DNA of 64,000 bases from Candidatus Babeliales bacterium (lineage in GTDB: Bacteria; Babelota; Babeliae; Babelales; JANWKD01). Positions 41,501 to 51,055 of the stretch are shown piece by piece. Made by a program: the position numbers and the translations under genes. How positions within the stretch are numbered: the first letter of the stretch is position 1; each line of letters starts with the position of its first letter. The notes below the pieces were generated by a model. That model was not told the origin of the DNA, did no database searches, and was given only the letters and a program-made list of their open reading frames with translations. The stretch lies in assembly GCA_963722255.1 (NCBI GenBank), contig CAVRJO010000001.1, forward strand, positions 736,001 to 800,000, given 5' to 3'.

Positions 41501-41752
41501 CCTTATTTCCTTTAATAATTCTTTAAATTCATGCTATATTGTTGATAACATCCTCAAAATTAAAAAGCAAATTAAGCAAGATAATAACTACAACAACGCT
41601 ACATTTTCTTGATTATTTAAATAAAATTTTCTAGCTAAACAAAGCGGCGCCCGAAGCAATTTCTGCAATTTTTTTCAAAATGATTTACAGCGCATTTTTT
41701 CATTCCTATGCTCATACAAGAGTTTACAAAACTTCATAGGAAGGAAAAAATT

Positions 41753-42190
41753 ATGAACAGTGTTTATAAAAAATTTATAGTTTTCTTTTCTCTTACTGCA
41801 GTATCTACATCATTCGGTATGACTAGTGACAAAACCTTTGATATTGAATCAGGAAGCGATACAACAATTTCATACCAATCTTTACCGCAAGCATTAGAAT
41901 CCACCAATCCTATAAACAGAAAACGATCGCCTTGGACAAATTTTTATACAGTTGCTGGAGGCCTCATGGGAACCGGAATTACTGCAACAGTCACATGGCA
42001 TTTGGCAACAAGCCATACGCCAGATCAAATTGATGATGCAAGTCCCTGGGTATATGGGGCTGGTACCGTAGTTGCAACTTTTGGAGTCTGTTGTTATTTT
42101 GCAACCTATGGAGCGAATATTTTTCATACAACCTATAAAAAAATGGCTAAAAAATTACAATCTATTGGAAACTCTCAAGGAGACCTATGA
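41753..42190 (+). CDS. Small secreted protein with two hydrophobic helices
   Basis: Signal peptide SFG|MT; paired hydrophobic segments. Confidence 0.7.
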   Translation: MNSVYKKFIVFFSLTAVSTSFGMTSDKTFDIESGSDTTISYQSLPQALESTNPINRKRSPWTNFYTVAGGLMGTGITATVTWHLATSHTPDQIDDASPWVYGAGTVVATFGVCCYFATYGANIFHTTYKKMAKKLQSIGNSQGDL

Positions 42191-42615
42191 AAAAAAAATT
42201 ATTACTTTTTTTAGGAACCATTTCTTTTTTTCTTTCAAATTATACTATGAATAGAAATGAAAAATTCGAAGTTGCAATTACCGTAAACAGTGTTGGAGGA
42301 ACCGCACACTATTACACACCACTACCACCACTTAACAATGATGCACCATTATCATCCTGTGGAAAAATTATTGCAGGAATCTACACAACCGGATGCGGTG
42401 TTGCAACAACAGCTAGTATAGCTGCCGTAGACTATTTTGTTATAAATTTTGCAGCTACTGAAGGATTGGAACCATCAGGCGCTATAGCTCTTGGAATTTG
42501 CTCAGGACTTGCAACTGCGATCGGTGGATTAATAGTATGGTATGGCGGATATCGTTATGTGCGTTCTTGCTTACCGCGTGCAACAAATATCAATAACATC
42601 ATTGTTGAAGAATGA
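42187..42615 (+). CDS. Small secreted protein with two hydrophobic helices
   Basis: ATGA overlap; signal peptide NYT|MN; paired hydrophobic segments. Confidence 0.7.
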   Translation: MKKKLLLFLGTISFFLSNYTMNRNEKFEVAITVNSVGGTAHYYTPLPPLNNDAPLSSCGKIIAGIYTTGCGVATTASIAAVDYFVINFAATEGLEPSGAIALGICSGLATAIGGLIVWYGGYRYVRSCLPRATNINNIIVEE

Positions 42616-42646
42616 TACGCAAATAAAATTCTATACAAGAAGCTTT

Positions 42647-43000
42647 ATGAAACAGTTGTTGATTTTCTTGCTTTTGCTTACAAGCACCATTGCTTTGCCG
42701 ATGAATATCCTTGAAGATATTGAGTCGGGCATTCAACCATATCCGTGTCATCTTGCATTAACCATGAAAAAAGGCTTTTATGCTTTTAGCTCATGGTTTG
42801 GAACTGCCGCAGGAGCATTTGTAGTAGAAATTCTTGCACTCAATGCAATAAATAAAGCATTCCAAGAGGTTATTGATCCTTTACCGGAATCATGCTATGT
42901 CGTTGCAGCATGCACATCATCATTAGTAGGTTGTTTACTTGGCCCAAGAGTCTATAGAGTTTTACAAGCACCTTCCCAAGAAGAAGATTCAGACTTATAA
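42647..43000 (+). CDS. Small secreted protein with two hydrophobic helices
   Basis: Signal peptide MKQLLIFLLLLTSTIALP|MN; overlaps the 3' end of the convergent symporter. Confidence 0.6.
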   Translation: MKQLLIFLLLLTSTIALPMNILEDIESGIQPYPCHLALTMKKGFYAFSSWFGTAAGAFVVEILALNAINKAFQEVIDPLPESCYVVAACTSSLVGCLLGPRVYRVLQAPSQEEDSDL

Positions 43001-44295
43001 CACAAAACATTTGGATTTCGTAGCGTTAAGATAATGAGCCCGATAAGATTTGGTAATGCAACCAGCGGTAATACCAGATCCATAATTGCCCATACAAGAG
43101 GCACTTCAACTAATGAACTAATAAAAATAATCAATGCTGCAAAAGCATAGTAAGTGCGAATCCAGCGATATTGAGTAAATGTTGCAAAGCTTTGGCCACC
43201 ATTAAAACTATTGCCAAGAGCCGTTGTAGAAATAAAAAGAACAACACTGGTTATAAAAAAGAAGGGCCCAATAACCGGCAACTTATTTTCAAAAACTTGA
43301 AGAATGAGCGTATTACTAAAAATACCTTGTTTCCAAACACCGCTTGTTAAAACAAGCAGACCCGACAACAAACAAAGAAAGCCATCAGCAGCAACAGAAT
43401 ACATTGCTAAAATACCCTGATCAATTGGATTCTTAACATCCGACATTGAATGTGCTATTGATGCTGTTCCCATGCCCGATTCAGTTATAAATACTGCTTT
43501 AAAGGTTCCTTCTTTAATAGCGGCATAGACGGTGGCTCCTAAAAATCCACCAACGGCTGCCGCTGGAGAAAAGATCGAATTAAATACAAGTTTAAAAGCT
43601 TGCATAACTGCCGAGGGATCACCGGATAAAATTATAAGACTAAAGGTAACATACATGCCAAACATTAAGGGCACTAATTTACTTGCAAAAGCGCTAACGC
43701 GCTGTGCTCCACCAAGTAATACAAAAAAAATTGCCGATGCAAGAAGAAGTCCGACAATCCATTCAGGAACACCACGCTGAGCACCAATCTCTGCAAGAGC
43801 TTTTGACTGAATTCCCGACCAACCGGCAAATAAAAAAAGCGTCGTTAAGCCATACCAATAGGCCAAAAAGGGATGTACCGCTTTTAAATATTCAGCGGGA
43901 CCACCTAAAATTCTTCCATCGCTTGTTTTCTTTCTATAAGCAAGAGCAAAGGTAACTTCTACTAATTTTGTAACTGAACCAAAAAATGCATAGGCAAGCA
44001 ACCAAAAAAGTGCCCCCGGTCCTCCTGCAACAATTGCAAGCGATGGACCAACGATTGTTCCAATACCAATTGATGTCGCCATTGATGTAAATAATGCATG
44101 AAAGGCATTGATCGTTTTTGTTGTATCAATTTGCCGCTTTAAGCCTGAGGTAACAAACGTAATAAATCTTTTAAAAGCAAAGATCTGCGGAATACGCAGC
44201 TTCAGTGTTAAAAAAATACTGACTCCAAGAAATAAAAATGCAAAAGGAATACCGATGAGAATATTCAACTGGTTCAAAAACAGCAAAAGATTCAT
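42952..44295 (-). CDS. Alanine/glycine:cation symporter (AGCS family)
   Basis: ATSIGIGTIVG...GGPGALFW, GGPAEY, TESGMGTASIAH, LPNLIGL. Confidence 0.92.
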   Translation of the reverse strand: MNLLLFLNQLNILIGIPFAFLFLGVSIFLTLKLRIPQIFAFKRFITFVTSGLKRQIDTTKTINAFHALFTSMATSIGIGTIVGPSLAIVAGGPGALFWLLAYAFFGSVTKLVEVTFALAYRKKTSDGRILGGPAEYLKAVHPFLAYWYGLTTLFLFAGWSGIQSKALAEIGAQRGVPEWIVGLLLASAIFFVLLGGAQRVSAFASKLVPLMFGMYVTFSLIILSGDPSAVMQAFKLVFNSIFSPAAAVGGFLGATVYAAIKEGTFKAVFITESGMGTASIAHSMSDVKNPIDQGILAMYSVAADGFLCLLSGLLVLTSGVWKQGIFSNTLILQVFENKLPVIGPFFFITSVVLFISTTALGNSFNGGQSFATFTQYRWIRTYYAFAALIIFISSLVEVPLVWAIMDLVLPLVALPNLIGLIILTLRNPNVLCYKSESSSWEGACKTL

Positions 44296-44340
44296 TAATA
44301 AAACCTATACTAATGTGTAAATAATTTTTCTAGACTTACC

Positions 44341-44934
44341 TTATACTCTTTTTGATAAATAAGAAAGCGCCTTACGCATCATGAGATCAAAAGGAGCATT
44401 TGGTTCAACCGATTCTTTTACATGCTGCAATGCCTGCGAAATTTCAGTACGAGAATAGCTTAGAGAAGTAAGCACCTCGGAAATATTTTTAAAATCATGA
44501 AATTCTGTATCATCAACGGAACTAATACCCGATTCAATAAGCTTTGTCGCTTTATGGCGCAATTGCACAATCATTTGTTCTGCTTTTTTTGCACCAATGC
44601 CATTGATTGAACTCAATGCCTTTTCATCACTTGTTTGGATAACTTTTAAAAACGTAGCAGGTTTCATGCCTGATAAAATTGCTAATGCAATCTTGGGCCC
44701 AATACCCGAACAACTAATAATCATCAAAAAAATCGATTTTTCAAGCTCCGTTTGAAAACCATATAAAACAGGACCATTTTCTTGATGCCACTGTAAGTAG
44801 ATATGAAGTTCTACTTTTTGTCCTAAGGTAAAAGATGACTCGGCAACAAATAGTTGAAATCCAATGCTACCCACCCCCAATGTCATAATCTGATCTTTAT
44901 AAGCTATTACGCTTCCTTGTAAAAAATTTATCAT
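44341..44934 (-). CDS. ruvA: Holliday junction branch migration protein RuvA
   Basis: MINFLQG, LYGF, SGIGPKIAL, GIGAKKAEQMIVQL. Confidence 0.95.
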   Translation of the reverse strand: MINFLQGSVIAYKDQIMTLGVGSIGFQLFVAESSFTLGQKVELHIYLQWHQENGPVLYGFQTELEKSIFLMIISCSGIGPKIALAILSGMKPATFLKVIQTSDEKALSSINGIGAKKAEQMIVQLRHKATKLIESGISSVDDTEFHDFKNISEVLTSLSYSRTEISQALQHVKESVEPNAPFDLMMRKALSYLSKRV

Positions 44935-45131
44935 ACAATATCCCTATTTTTTGATAGTGGTACTATCTATCTGTAGTGTACTTTAGCAAGAGTCATAAAA
45001 ATAAGCAAAAACCATTGATTTTCTTAGAGTTTTTTTGCCATAATGTAATTATATATACATTAAATTTAACATTAATAACAAATTATATTAGCTGTTTATT
45101 TTCAAATATAAAACATACAAAGGGGTTTGCA

Positions 45132-45833
45132 ATGAACTATTATGCTCTAACTTTACTATTTTTTGCTTTTTTTGGAACTATTCATGGTAAAACAGTTACT
45201 CTAAAAGAAGCTAATCCAACAATAGCCACAAGGCTTTTTGGCCATCAAGAACAGCAAGACAGTGAATTAAAAGGGCGTACTAATTATGTATGGCCCATTT
45301 TTGTTTCACCCCTTTCCTTAGCAACAAAAGATGAGTTTTTTACGCTTGTAAAAAAAACTGAATCCACTGACAATCCTGGCCACTTTATCCTTAACCCTGT
45401 ATTTGAAGTTTCTGATGCCATATTGTCAAATAAAAAAGAAGTAGAAAACTATTTTTCCCAGTTAATTCCTGAGGCTAATCCAGAAACATTAAAAGTTGCA
45501 TTAAATGGATTAAAACGAATTGAAATAGAAGGTTCTACAAGTAATCACTACATAGTTCCTATAATCAAACTAGATGATTTACGAAAGCTCACAAATCACA
45601 CCATAATTCTTTTTAAGATACCCGAATCTGAGGCCGAACTCACTCTTGCTCAAGAAAAATTGGAGTATGAACAGACCACAATGAGCGATCCACTCTATGA
45701 ATTAGTTAACGAATTATCAGGATACTCTGATTTTTTAAACTTTGTCCGCGTTGAAGAGGTTAAAGATTATATAAGAAAATTTGAAAAAATTGGTAATCCT
45801 TGGGCTGGTGAATTTTATAGCATTACTGAATAA
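45132..45833 (+). CDS. Secreted hypothetical protein
   Basis: Signal peptide from ATG 45132 after AAGGGG. Confidence 0.7.
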   Translation: MNYYALTLLFFAFFGTIHGKTVTLKEANPTIATRLFGHQEQQDSELKGRTNYVWPIFVSPLSLATKDEFFTLVKKTESTDNPGHFILNPVFEVSDAILSNKKEVENYFSQLIPEANPETLKVALNGLKRIEIEGSTSNHYIVPIIKLDDLRKLTNHTIILFKIPESEAELTLAQEKLEYEQTTMSDPLYELVNELSGYSDFLNFVRVEEVKDYIRKFEKIGNPWAGEFYSITE

Positions 45834-45886
45834 CACCAAAAAAATTATTGAATCAACAAATTTTTAAATGGCATAAAAACTAAAAA

Positions 45887-45978
45887 ATGTCATTGCGAGC
45901 TTGCGCGGCAACCCAGTATTAAAGACTTTTCATTTTATCCACTGGGTCACCACGTCGTAAAACTCCTCGTGATGACAT
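45887..45978. repeat. Palindromic REP/RPE-like element
   Basis: ATGTCATTGCGAG...GGCAACCCAGT, then ACTGGGTCACC...CTCGTGATGACAT. Confidence 0.7.
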
Positions 45979-46069
45979 GGTGTTTAAATTGTAATTTTGA
46001 TTTCATAAATTAATATTGATTAGCCAAATGCATGCTTACTAACGTCAAAAAAACCAAGGAGACTCTCTT

Positions 46070-46423
46070 ATGAAAAAGATAACTCTCGCTTTTCTCATAA
46101 TTTTTTATGCTATCATGCCCTACGTTCTGCAAAGTGCAAATAATAAATACATTGTTAATATTCAAGCTAATTCTTATGGTATAGACCCCAATTACTATGA
46201 AGCATCATATGATAGTAATAATCAACAAGTTGTAATAACTCCTATAAACAAAGATGATCGAGACAAAAAGATCATTCCCCGCGTATATGCACGCCAATTA
46301 CAATCAGATCCCCCAGGACATAATTTTATAGGTACCGTTCCCAATCCTCGTTTTAATCCCGGATTCATTGTAGAATACACCAGTTATCGGCCAATTTTTG
46401 AGCTCTATGCAACTAAATATTAA
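46070..46423 (+). CDS. Secreted hypothetical protein
   Basis: AAGGAG RBS; signal peptide. Confidence 0.7.
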   Translation: MKKITLAFLIIFYAIMPYVLQSANNKYIVNIQANSYGIDPNYYEASYDSNNQQVVITPINKDDRDKKIIPRVYARQLQSDPPGHNFIGTVPNPRFNPGFIVEYTSYRPIFELYATKY

Positions 46424-46482
46424 GAATGTATCAAATCATTGACAATACTCATTGATTTGATACATTCTTAATATCTTATTCT

Positions 46483-46557
46483 GCGGGAATAGCTCAGTGG
46501 TAGAGCGTTGCCTTGCCAAGGCAAAGGTCGCGGGTTCGACCCCCGTTTCCCGCTCCA
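46483..46557 (+). tRNA. tRNA-Gly (GCC)
   Basis: GCGGGAA/TTCCCGC acceptor stem, TTGCC-TTGCCAA-GGCAA anticodon arm, GGTTCGA T-loop, encoded CCA. Confidence 0.97.
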
Positions 46558-46741
46558 TCTTTATCTAGTTCCTACTATCTGAATTTTGATTTCTAGAAAG
46601 CATTACCCCAAATCTATAAAAAAACATGCAAAGCAGACAAAAAGATTAAAATTTGATATCATAGAGGTTGTTCTATGGTGATAGTGCCATACAATGATAT
46701 TTTCCACATAAGTTACATAATTTTTTTTAAAGGACCACTTC

Positions 46742-47377
46742 ATGAAATCAATCATGCAAGAAGCCTCTTCTGTTATTAAGGCTATTGAAAAAGGCTGGGA
46801 AACCGCCGGCAAGCCTAAACAGTTTTCAATTACCGTCTTTGAAGAACCAAAAAAGAATTTTATTGGAATGACCGTACAATCTGCAAAAGTCGGCATCTTT
46901 TTTGATGAAGCTAAAGCCGTAGAAAGAGAGCTACCAAAAACCACGCACATAAAGAAAAAAGAGCCTTTTGTAAAACCTCAGCCCAAAAAAGAGTTTGTCC
47001 AGCAACAAGAAAAAGAAGAAAAACCGGAAGTGGTTGAAAAGAGTAGTGTAAAAGCTCAGGCAAGACCAGTGCAAAAAGCTCAACCACGTGAACTCCCAAC
47101 TGCCCAACCAAAGCTAGTTTGGACTCCTGAAATGATTAGTTTTGTTCAGCAATGGTTAACACAAACACTTGCTGCCTTAAATCTTTCTCATATCAGCTTT
47201 ACGACCGAGCCATCGAACTATCAATTAGTTATTAATTTTAATAAGCCTTTACTTGCTCAAGCAGGTAAGGAACAACAGCTTATGAAAAGCTTTTCACTCT
47301 TATTAATACAAACCTTGCGCCATACGTTTAAGAGACCATTGCGCGGATTTAAAATTATGATGACGCATACTTCATGA
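46742..47377 (+). CDS. jag: Jag/EloR N-terminal domain protein (no obvious R3H domain)
   Basis: SVIKAIEKGW...EEPKKNFIG; directly upstream of mnmE. Confidence 0.7.
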   Translation: MKSIMQEASSVIKAIEKGWETAGKPKQFSITVFEEPKKNFIGMTVQSAKVGIFFDEAKAVERELPKTTHIKKKEPFVKPQPKKEFVQQQEKEEKPEVVEKSSVKAQARPVQKAQPRELPTAQPKLVWTPEMISFVQQWLTQTLAALNLSHISFTTEPSNYQLVINFNKPLLAQAGKEQQLMKSFSLLLIQTLRHTFKRPLRGFKIMMTHTS

Positions 47378-48753
47378 TGTCGACAACGAGTGAATCAACG
47401 ATTATTGCACAATGCACTCCCCGTGGAAATGGGGCAATTGCTCTCGTGCGCATGTCAGGCGCATCAGCGCTTTCTATAGCTGATGCTATTGCACGGCTTG
47501 CTTCAAAGCAACGTGTAAGCGACGTGGCCAGCCATACCGTCCATTATGGATCAATTGTAAGCCAAGAAGGTTCTATTATTGATCAGGTTATGCTTATAAT
47601 AATGCATGCTCCCAAAACCTTTACAGGCGAAAATGTTGTCGAAATAACCTGCCACAATAATCCCTTCTTAATTGATGCAATTATAGAACGTGCATTAGAA
47701 TGCGGCGCACGCTTAGCACAAGAAGGCGAATTCTCTAAGCGTGCTTTTATGAATAACAAGATTGACTTAATTCAAGCAGAGTCGATTAATGAACTTATTC
47801 ATGCTTCAACGCAAATGGCACTTAAACAGTCGCTTTCGCAAGTCACCGGAAGCTTGTCTGCGTGGCTTACCTCTCTTGAAAAAGAAGTTGTTACCATGAG
47901 TGCCTTATCAGAGGCAAGCTTTGAATTTATTGACGAAGAAATGTCATTTGGCACTCAAATACAGGAAAGACTCACTGCTCTCTTGCAAAAAATAGGAACT
48001 ATTAAAAAGACATTTAATCAGCAGCAACATATTCGCCAAGGTATTCGTATTGCTCTTATTGGCTCAGTGAATGCCGGAAAATCATCCTTGTTTAATGCTT
48101 TGCTTAATAAAAATAGATCTATTGTCACTGATATTGCAGGGACAACGCGCGATGTTGTTGAAGCGGGTGTCTATAAAAATAGTAGTTATTGGACCTTACT
48201 TGATACTGCAGGATTACGCCAAACGGCCGATTTTGTAGAACAAGAAGGAATTACTCGATCATATCAAGAAGCTGAGCAGGCTGACTGCATTGTGCTGGTC
48301 TTTGATGGTTCACGAGCGCTTACACATCAAGAGAAAATTATTTATGATGATCTTAAAGCACGGTATAGCCACAAGATGCTTATTGTCTATACCAAATCAG
48401 ATTTGCCTCAGTATCATTATGAGACTATAAAAGAGGTTCCTTTTACTCAAGTTTCTGTACACAATAAAGATTCAGTCGCTCATCTTGAACAGATGCTTGA
48501 AGAGAAAATTCAACAAGATTTCTTTAATCACATAGAATCTCCCTTTTTACTTAACCAACGCCATTATACGTTATTGCTTTCTTTGGAAAAAGATCTCAAA
48601 GCCATTCAACCACTCTTGGTTGAACCAATAGCGTATGAACTTGTTTCATATCATCTTAAGGAAGCGCTTGAAAAGGTCTCTGAACTTTCAGGAAAAACCA
48701 TTACAGAACAATCTATGAATGCTGTTTTTAGAGAGTTTTGCGTAGGTAAATAA
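47374..48753 (+). CDS. mnmE: tRNA modification GTPase MnmE
   Basis: APKTFTGENVVEITCH, GEFSKRAF, GSVNAGKSSL, GTTRD, DTAGLR, FCVGK. Confidence 0.96.
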   Translation: MMSTTSESTIIAQCTPRGNGAIALVRMSGASALSIADAIARLASKQRVSDVASHTVHYGSIVSQEGSIIDQVMLIIMHAPKTFTGENVVEITCHNNPFLIDAIIERALECGARLAQEGEFSKRAFMNNKIDLIQAESINELIHASTQMALKQSLSQVTGSLSAWLTSLEKEVVTMSALSEASFEFIDEEMSFGTQIQERLTALLQKIGTIKKTFNQQQHIRQGIRIALIGSVNAGKSSLFNALLNKNRSIVTDIAGTTRDVVEAGVYKNSSYWTLLDTAGLRQTADFVEQEGITRSYQEAEQADCIVLVFDGSRALTHQEKIIYDDLKARYSHKMLIVYTKSDLPQYHYETIKEVPFTQVSVHNKDSVAHLEQMLEEKIQQDFFNHIESPFLLNQRHYTLLLSLEKDLKAIQPLLVEPIAYELVSYHLKEALEKVSELSGKTITEQSMNAVFREFCVGK

Positions 48754-48790
48754 AAAAGGGCAGATCAGATTGAAGATCTACCCTTTTTTA
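48752..48790. terminator. Bidirectional intrinsic terminator
   Basis: AAAAAAGGGCAGATC...GATCTACCCTTTTTT between convergent genes. Confidence 0.7.
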
Positions 48791-48832
48791 TTTTATTTGC
48801 AATTCAATGCTCGTTATTTATTGATAATTAAA

Positions 48833-49453
48833 TTATCCAACTTTTTCCAAAATCCTCTGCCCCACATACTCAACAATGTCTTCTTCAAGTTCTTTTACAA
48901 TGTTTGGATTTAGATCACTTATAATAAACTCTTTGAATTGAGAATCCGTAGCATAAACTTTTTTATCAATGAAATTTTTAAATTCTCTATCCCTTAAATA
49001 AATTCCATTTGCTGAAGCAAGGGGATAAGTAGTATGCTTATCATCTTGCTTAAAATAACTCATTAAAAGGTCCACAAACTGTTTATAAACCTCAAAAGGC
49101 TTCTCCGCCTTCATAACGCCCCCATTTTTTATTCGTAAAGCATCAAATGCATCCATTTGATTCATGCCTCGAAAAATGGGACTCAAGCCTTGCTTTAATA
49201 AAAATTGAGTAAATTCATAATCACCCTTATATACAGCTGAAATAAGGGGATTATGGTAATGGTGCTGCTTCCCTTCAACTACTGGAATAGCCCTCATCAT
49301 ATTTGCCTTATACGACTCATAGTCAAGATTACCTTGATCATAGGCTGGACCACTTTCCCAATACAGATCTCCAGCCTCTTCTTTAGTAAACTCCATTGCA
49401 TAGTGAATATGTGGTATAAGTGCAAGCGCTGCTACTATACATAATCTTTTCAT
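48833..49453 (-). CDS. Secreted ankyrin-repeat protein
   Basis: HNPLISAVYKGDYEFTQFLLKQGLSP; signal peptide HYA|ME. Confidence 0.75.
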   Translation of the reverse strand: MKRLCIVAALALIPHIHYAMEFTKEEAGDLYWESGPAYDQGNLDYESYKANMMRAIPVVEGKQHHYHNPLISAVYKGDYEFTQFLLKQGLSPIFRGMNQMDAFDALRIKNGGVMKAEKPFEVYKQFVDLLMSYFKQDDKHTTYPLASANGIYLRDREFKNFIDKKVYATDSQFKEFIISDLNPNIVKELEEDIVEYVGQRILEKVG

Positions 49454-49557
49454 ACAAAACTCCTTTTCATGTAATAAAATAACATTGTTTAACTACTAAA
49501 ACCTACTGCCTAAGATAGTTGTTCACATTTTTCTGTGCCATCTCACGATTAATCCTC

Positions 49558-50154
49558 TCATGTACTATGTAATCTAAACCATTCTTGAATATTAATTTTT
49601 TCTTTATACCAAGGATTAATGCTTTTCGCAGGAAAAGGTGTATACACTTCACCAGCAGGTATATACTTCTTTAAAAGCAAAAAAATCTCAGAAAGCGAAG
49701 CCGTCTTTTGCACTGAACTGAAATCTTCACTAGTGCATATATTAGCTGCATCAAAGGCATTAACAAAATCAGTTCCCCGAAAAAGAGGATTAGCCCCGTG
49801 CTTTAAAAGAAATTCTATAAATTCAACATCCTGTGCTTGAACGGCTCTGATGAGTGGATTATGTTGTTGATTTTGCGTATATCTCAATTCTGGAACAATC
49901 TTTTGTAAAATTTTTTTGAAATCACTATAGGGTTGATCTTTGCAATCAAAAAAATGCTGCACGGGATTGTCATTATCATTAAGAGAAGTCTTTTTTATAC
50001 TATCTTCAAGATTGCCTTCATAAGCCTTAAGAAGGGCCAATTTGTTCTCATCCATAGAATCGCGTGCAGTCGAATCCCACTGTTCTTCTTGCATAGCGCA
50101 TACATTCAAGAAAATAGCTAATGCCATAAATAAATATCGTGCTTCATTCCTCAT
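49558..50154 (-). CDS. Secreted ankyrin-repeat protein (tandem paralog)
   Basis: HNPLIRAVQAQDVEFIEFLLKHGANP; signal peptide VCA|MQ. Confidence 0.75.
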   Translation of the reverse strand: MRNEARYLFMALAIFLNVCAMQEEQWDSTARDSMDENKLALLKAYEGNLEDSIKKTSLNDNDNPVQHFFDCKDQPYSDFKKILQKIVPELRYTQNQQHNPLIRAVQAQDVEFIEFLLKHGANPLFRGTDFVNAFDAANICTSEDFSSVQKTASLSEIFLLLKKYIPAGEVYTPFPAKSINPWYKEKINIQEWFRLHST

Positions 50155-50179
50155 AACGCTCCTTTAATTAAATCTTATA

Positions 50180-50851
50180 TTATGCAGCTAATGCATACAC
50201 TTCAACACGACGATTTGGTGCTTGTCCTTCGATGCTATCTTCAAAAGCAACCGGTTCTTCAGTACCAACCCCAAATATCTTAATTTTATCTCTAGGAATG
50301 CCTGCTTCTTTTTCTAAATAATGTGCGATAGTATTAGCGCGGTTGTTTGAAAGCGCTAAATTATATGCTCGTGTACCATATTTACCAACCCATAGACATG
50401 AGTGGCCTTTACAGCAGATTGTTTTACCTTCTTTTACAAGCTCTTTGGCTTTTTTTGCTGTTAGCTTTAACAGCGCCTGCTGATTGGCTGCCGGCTCCTT
50501 TGAATCATAGGGAAAATAAACAACATGAACTTCGTCTTTTGTATCAAGCTGCTCTAAACTATAGTCTTGTATCGATGGTTCATCGTGATTATAAGCAAGA
50601 TGCGCTCCATCAAATGGGGTCGTAAATTGCTCTTCCTCAAGCACAAATGCCTCAACATCTTCATTAAAACAGAAGGAGGAGCCATCCTGAGGGTCTAAAG
50701 GCATATCTAAATAGTCATTATTATTATGATAGGTAGCAGGGGTTAAACTATTTTTTTGATCTTTTCTACAACCGGCTAAGCTCATGGCTATAAGCAAAAC
50801 AAGTATGAATTTTTGAGTTAAAAATTGATTTTTCACCATTGATTTCTCCAA
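50180..50851 (-). CDS. OmpA/Pal-family lipoprotein
   Basis: Lipobox LAGC; VYFPYDS, YNLALSNNRA, NRRVE. Confidence 0.88.
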   Translation of the reverse strand: MEKSMVKNQFLTQKFILVLLIAMSLAGCRKDQKNSLTPATYHNNNDYLDMPLDPQDGSSFCFNEDVEAFVLEEEQFTTPFDGAHLAYNHDEPSIQDYSLEQLDTKDEVHVVYFPYDSKEPAANQQALLKLTAKKAKELVKEGKTICCKGHSCLWVGKYGTRAYNLALSNNRANTIAHYLEKEAGIPRDKIKIFGVGTEEPVAFEDSIEGQAPNRRVEVYALAA

Positions 50852-51055
50852 GAGATATATTTTTCAATGAGTATACATAGTGAGAGCAAACTAGCATATT
50901 TTTTATCAATTTTCCACCAAACTCTTTTAAATTAATACTATTTTCTACTCTTTAATGATTGGATCAGGTATACTAGTAGTATATAAAAAATTATACAAAA
51001 AAGGTCATTGTCAAAAAATATATACAATGCACTAATAAAAAATTAATGGAACTCT

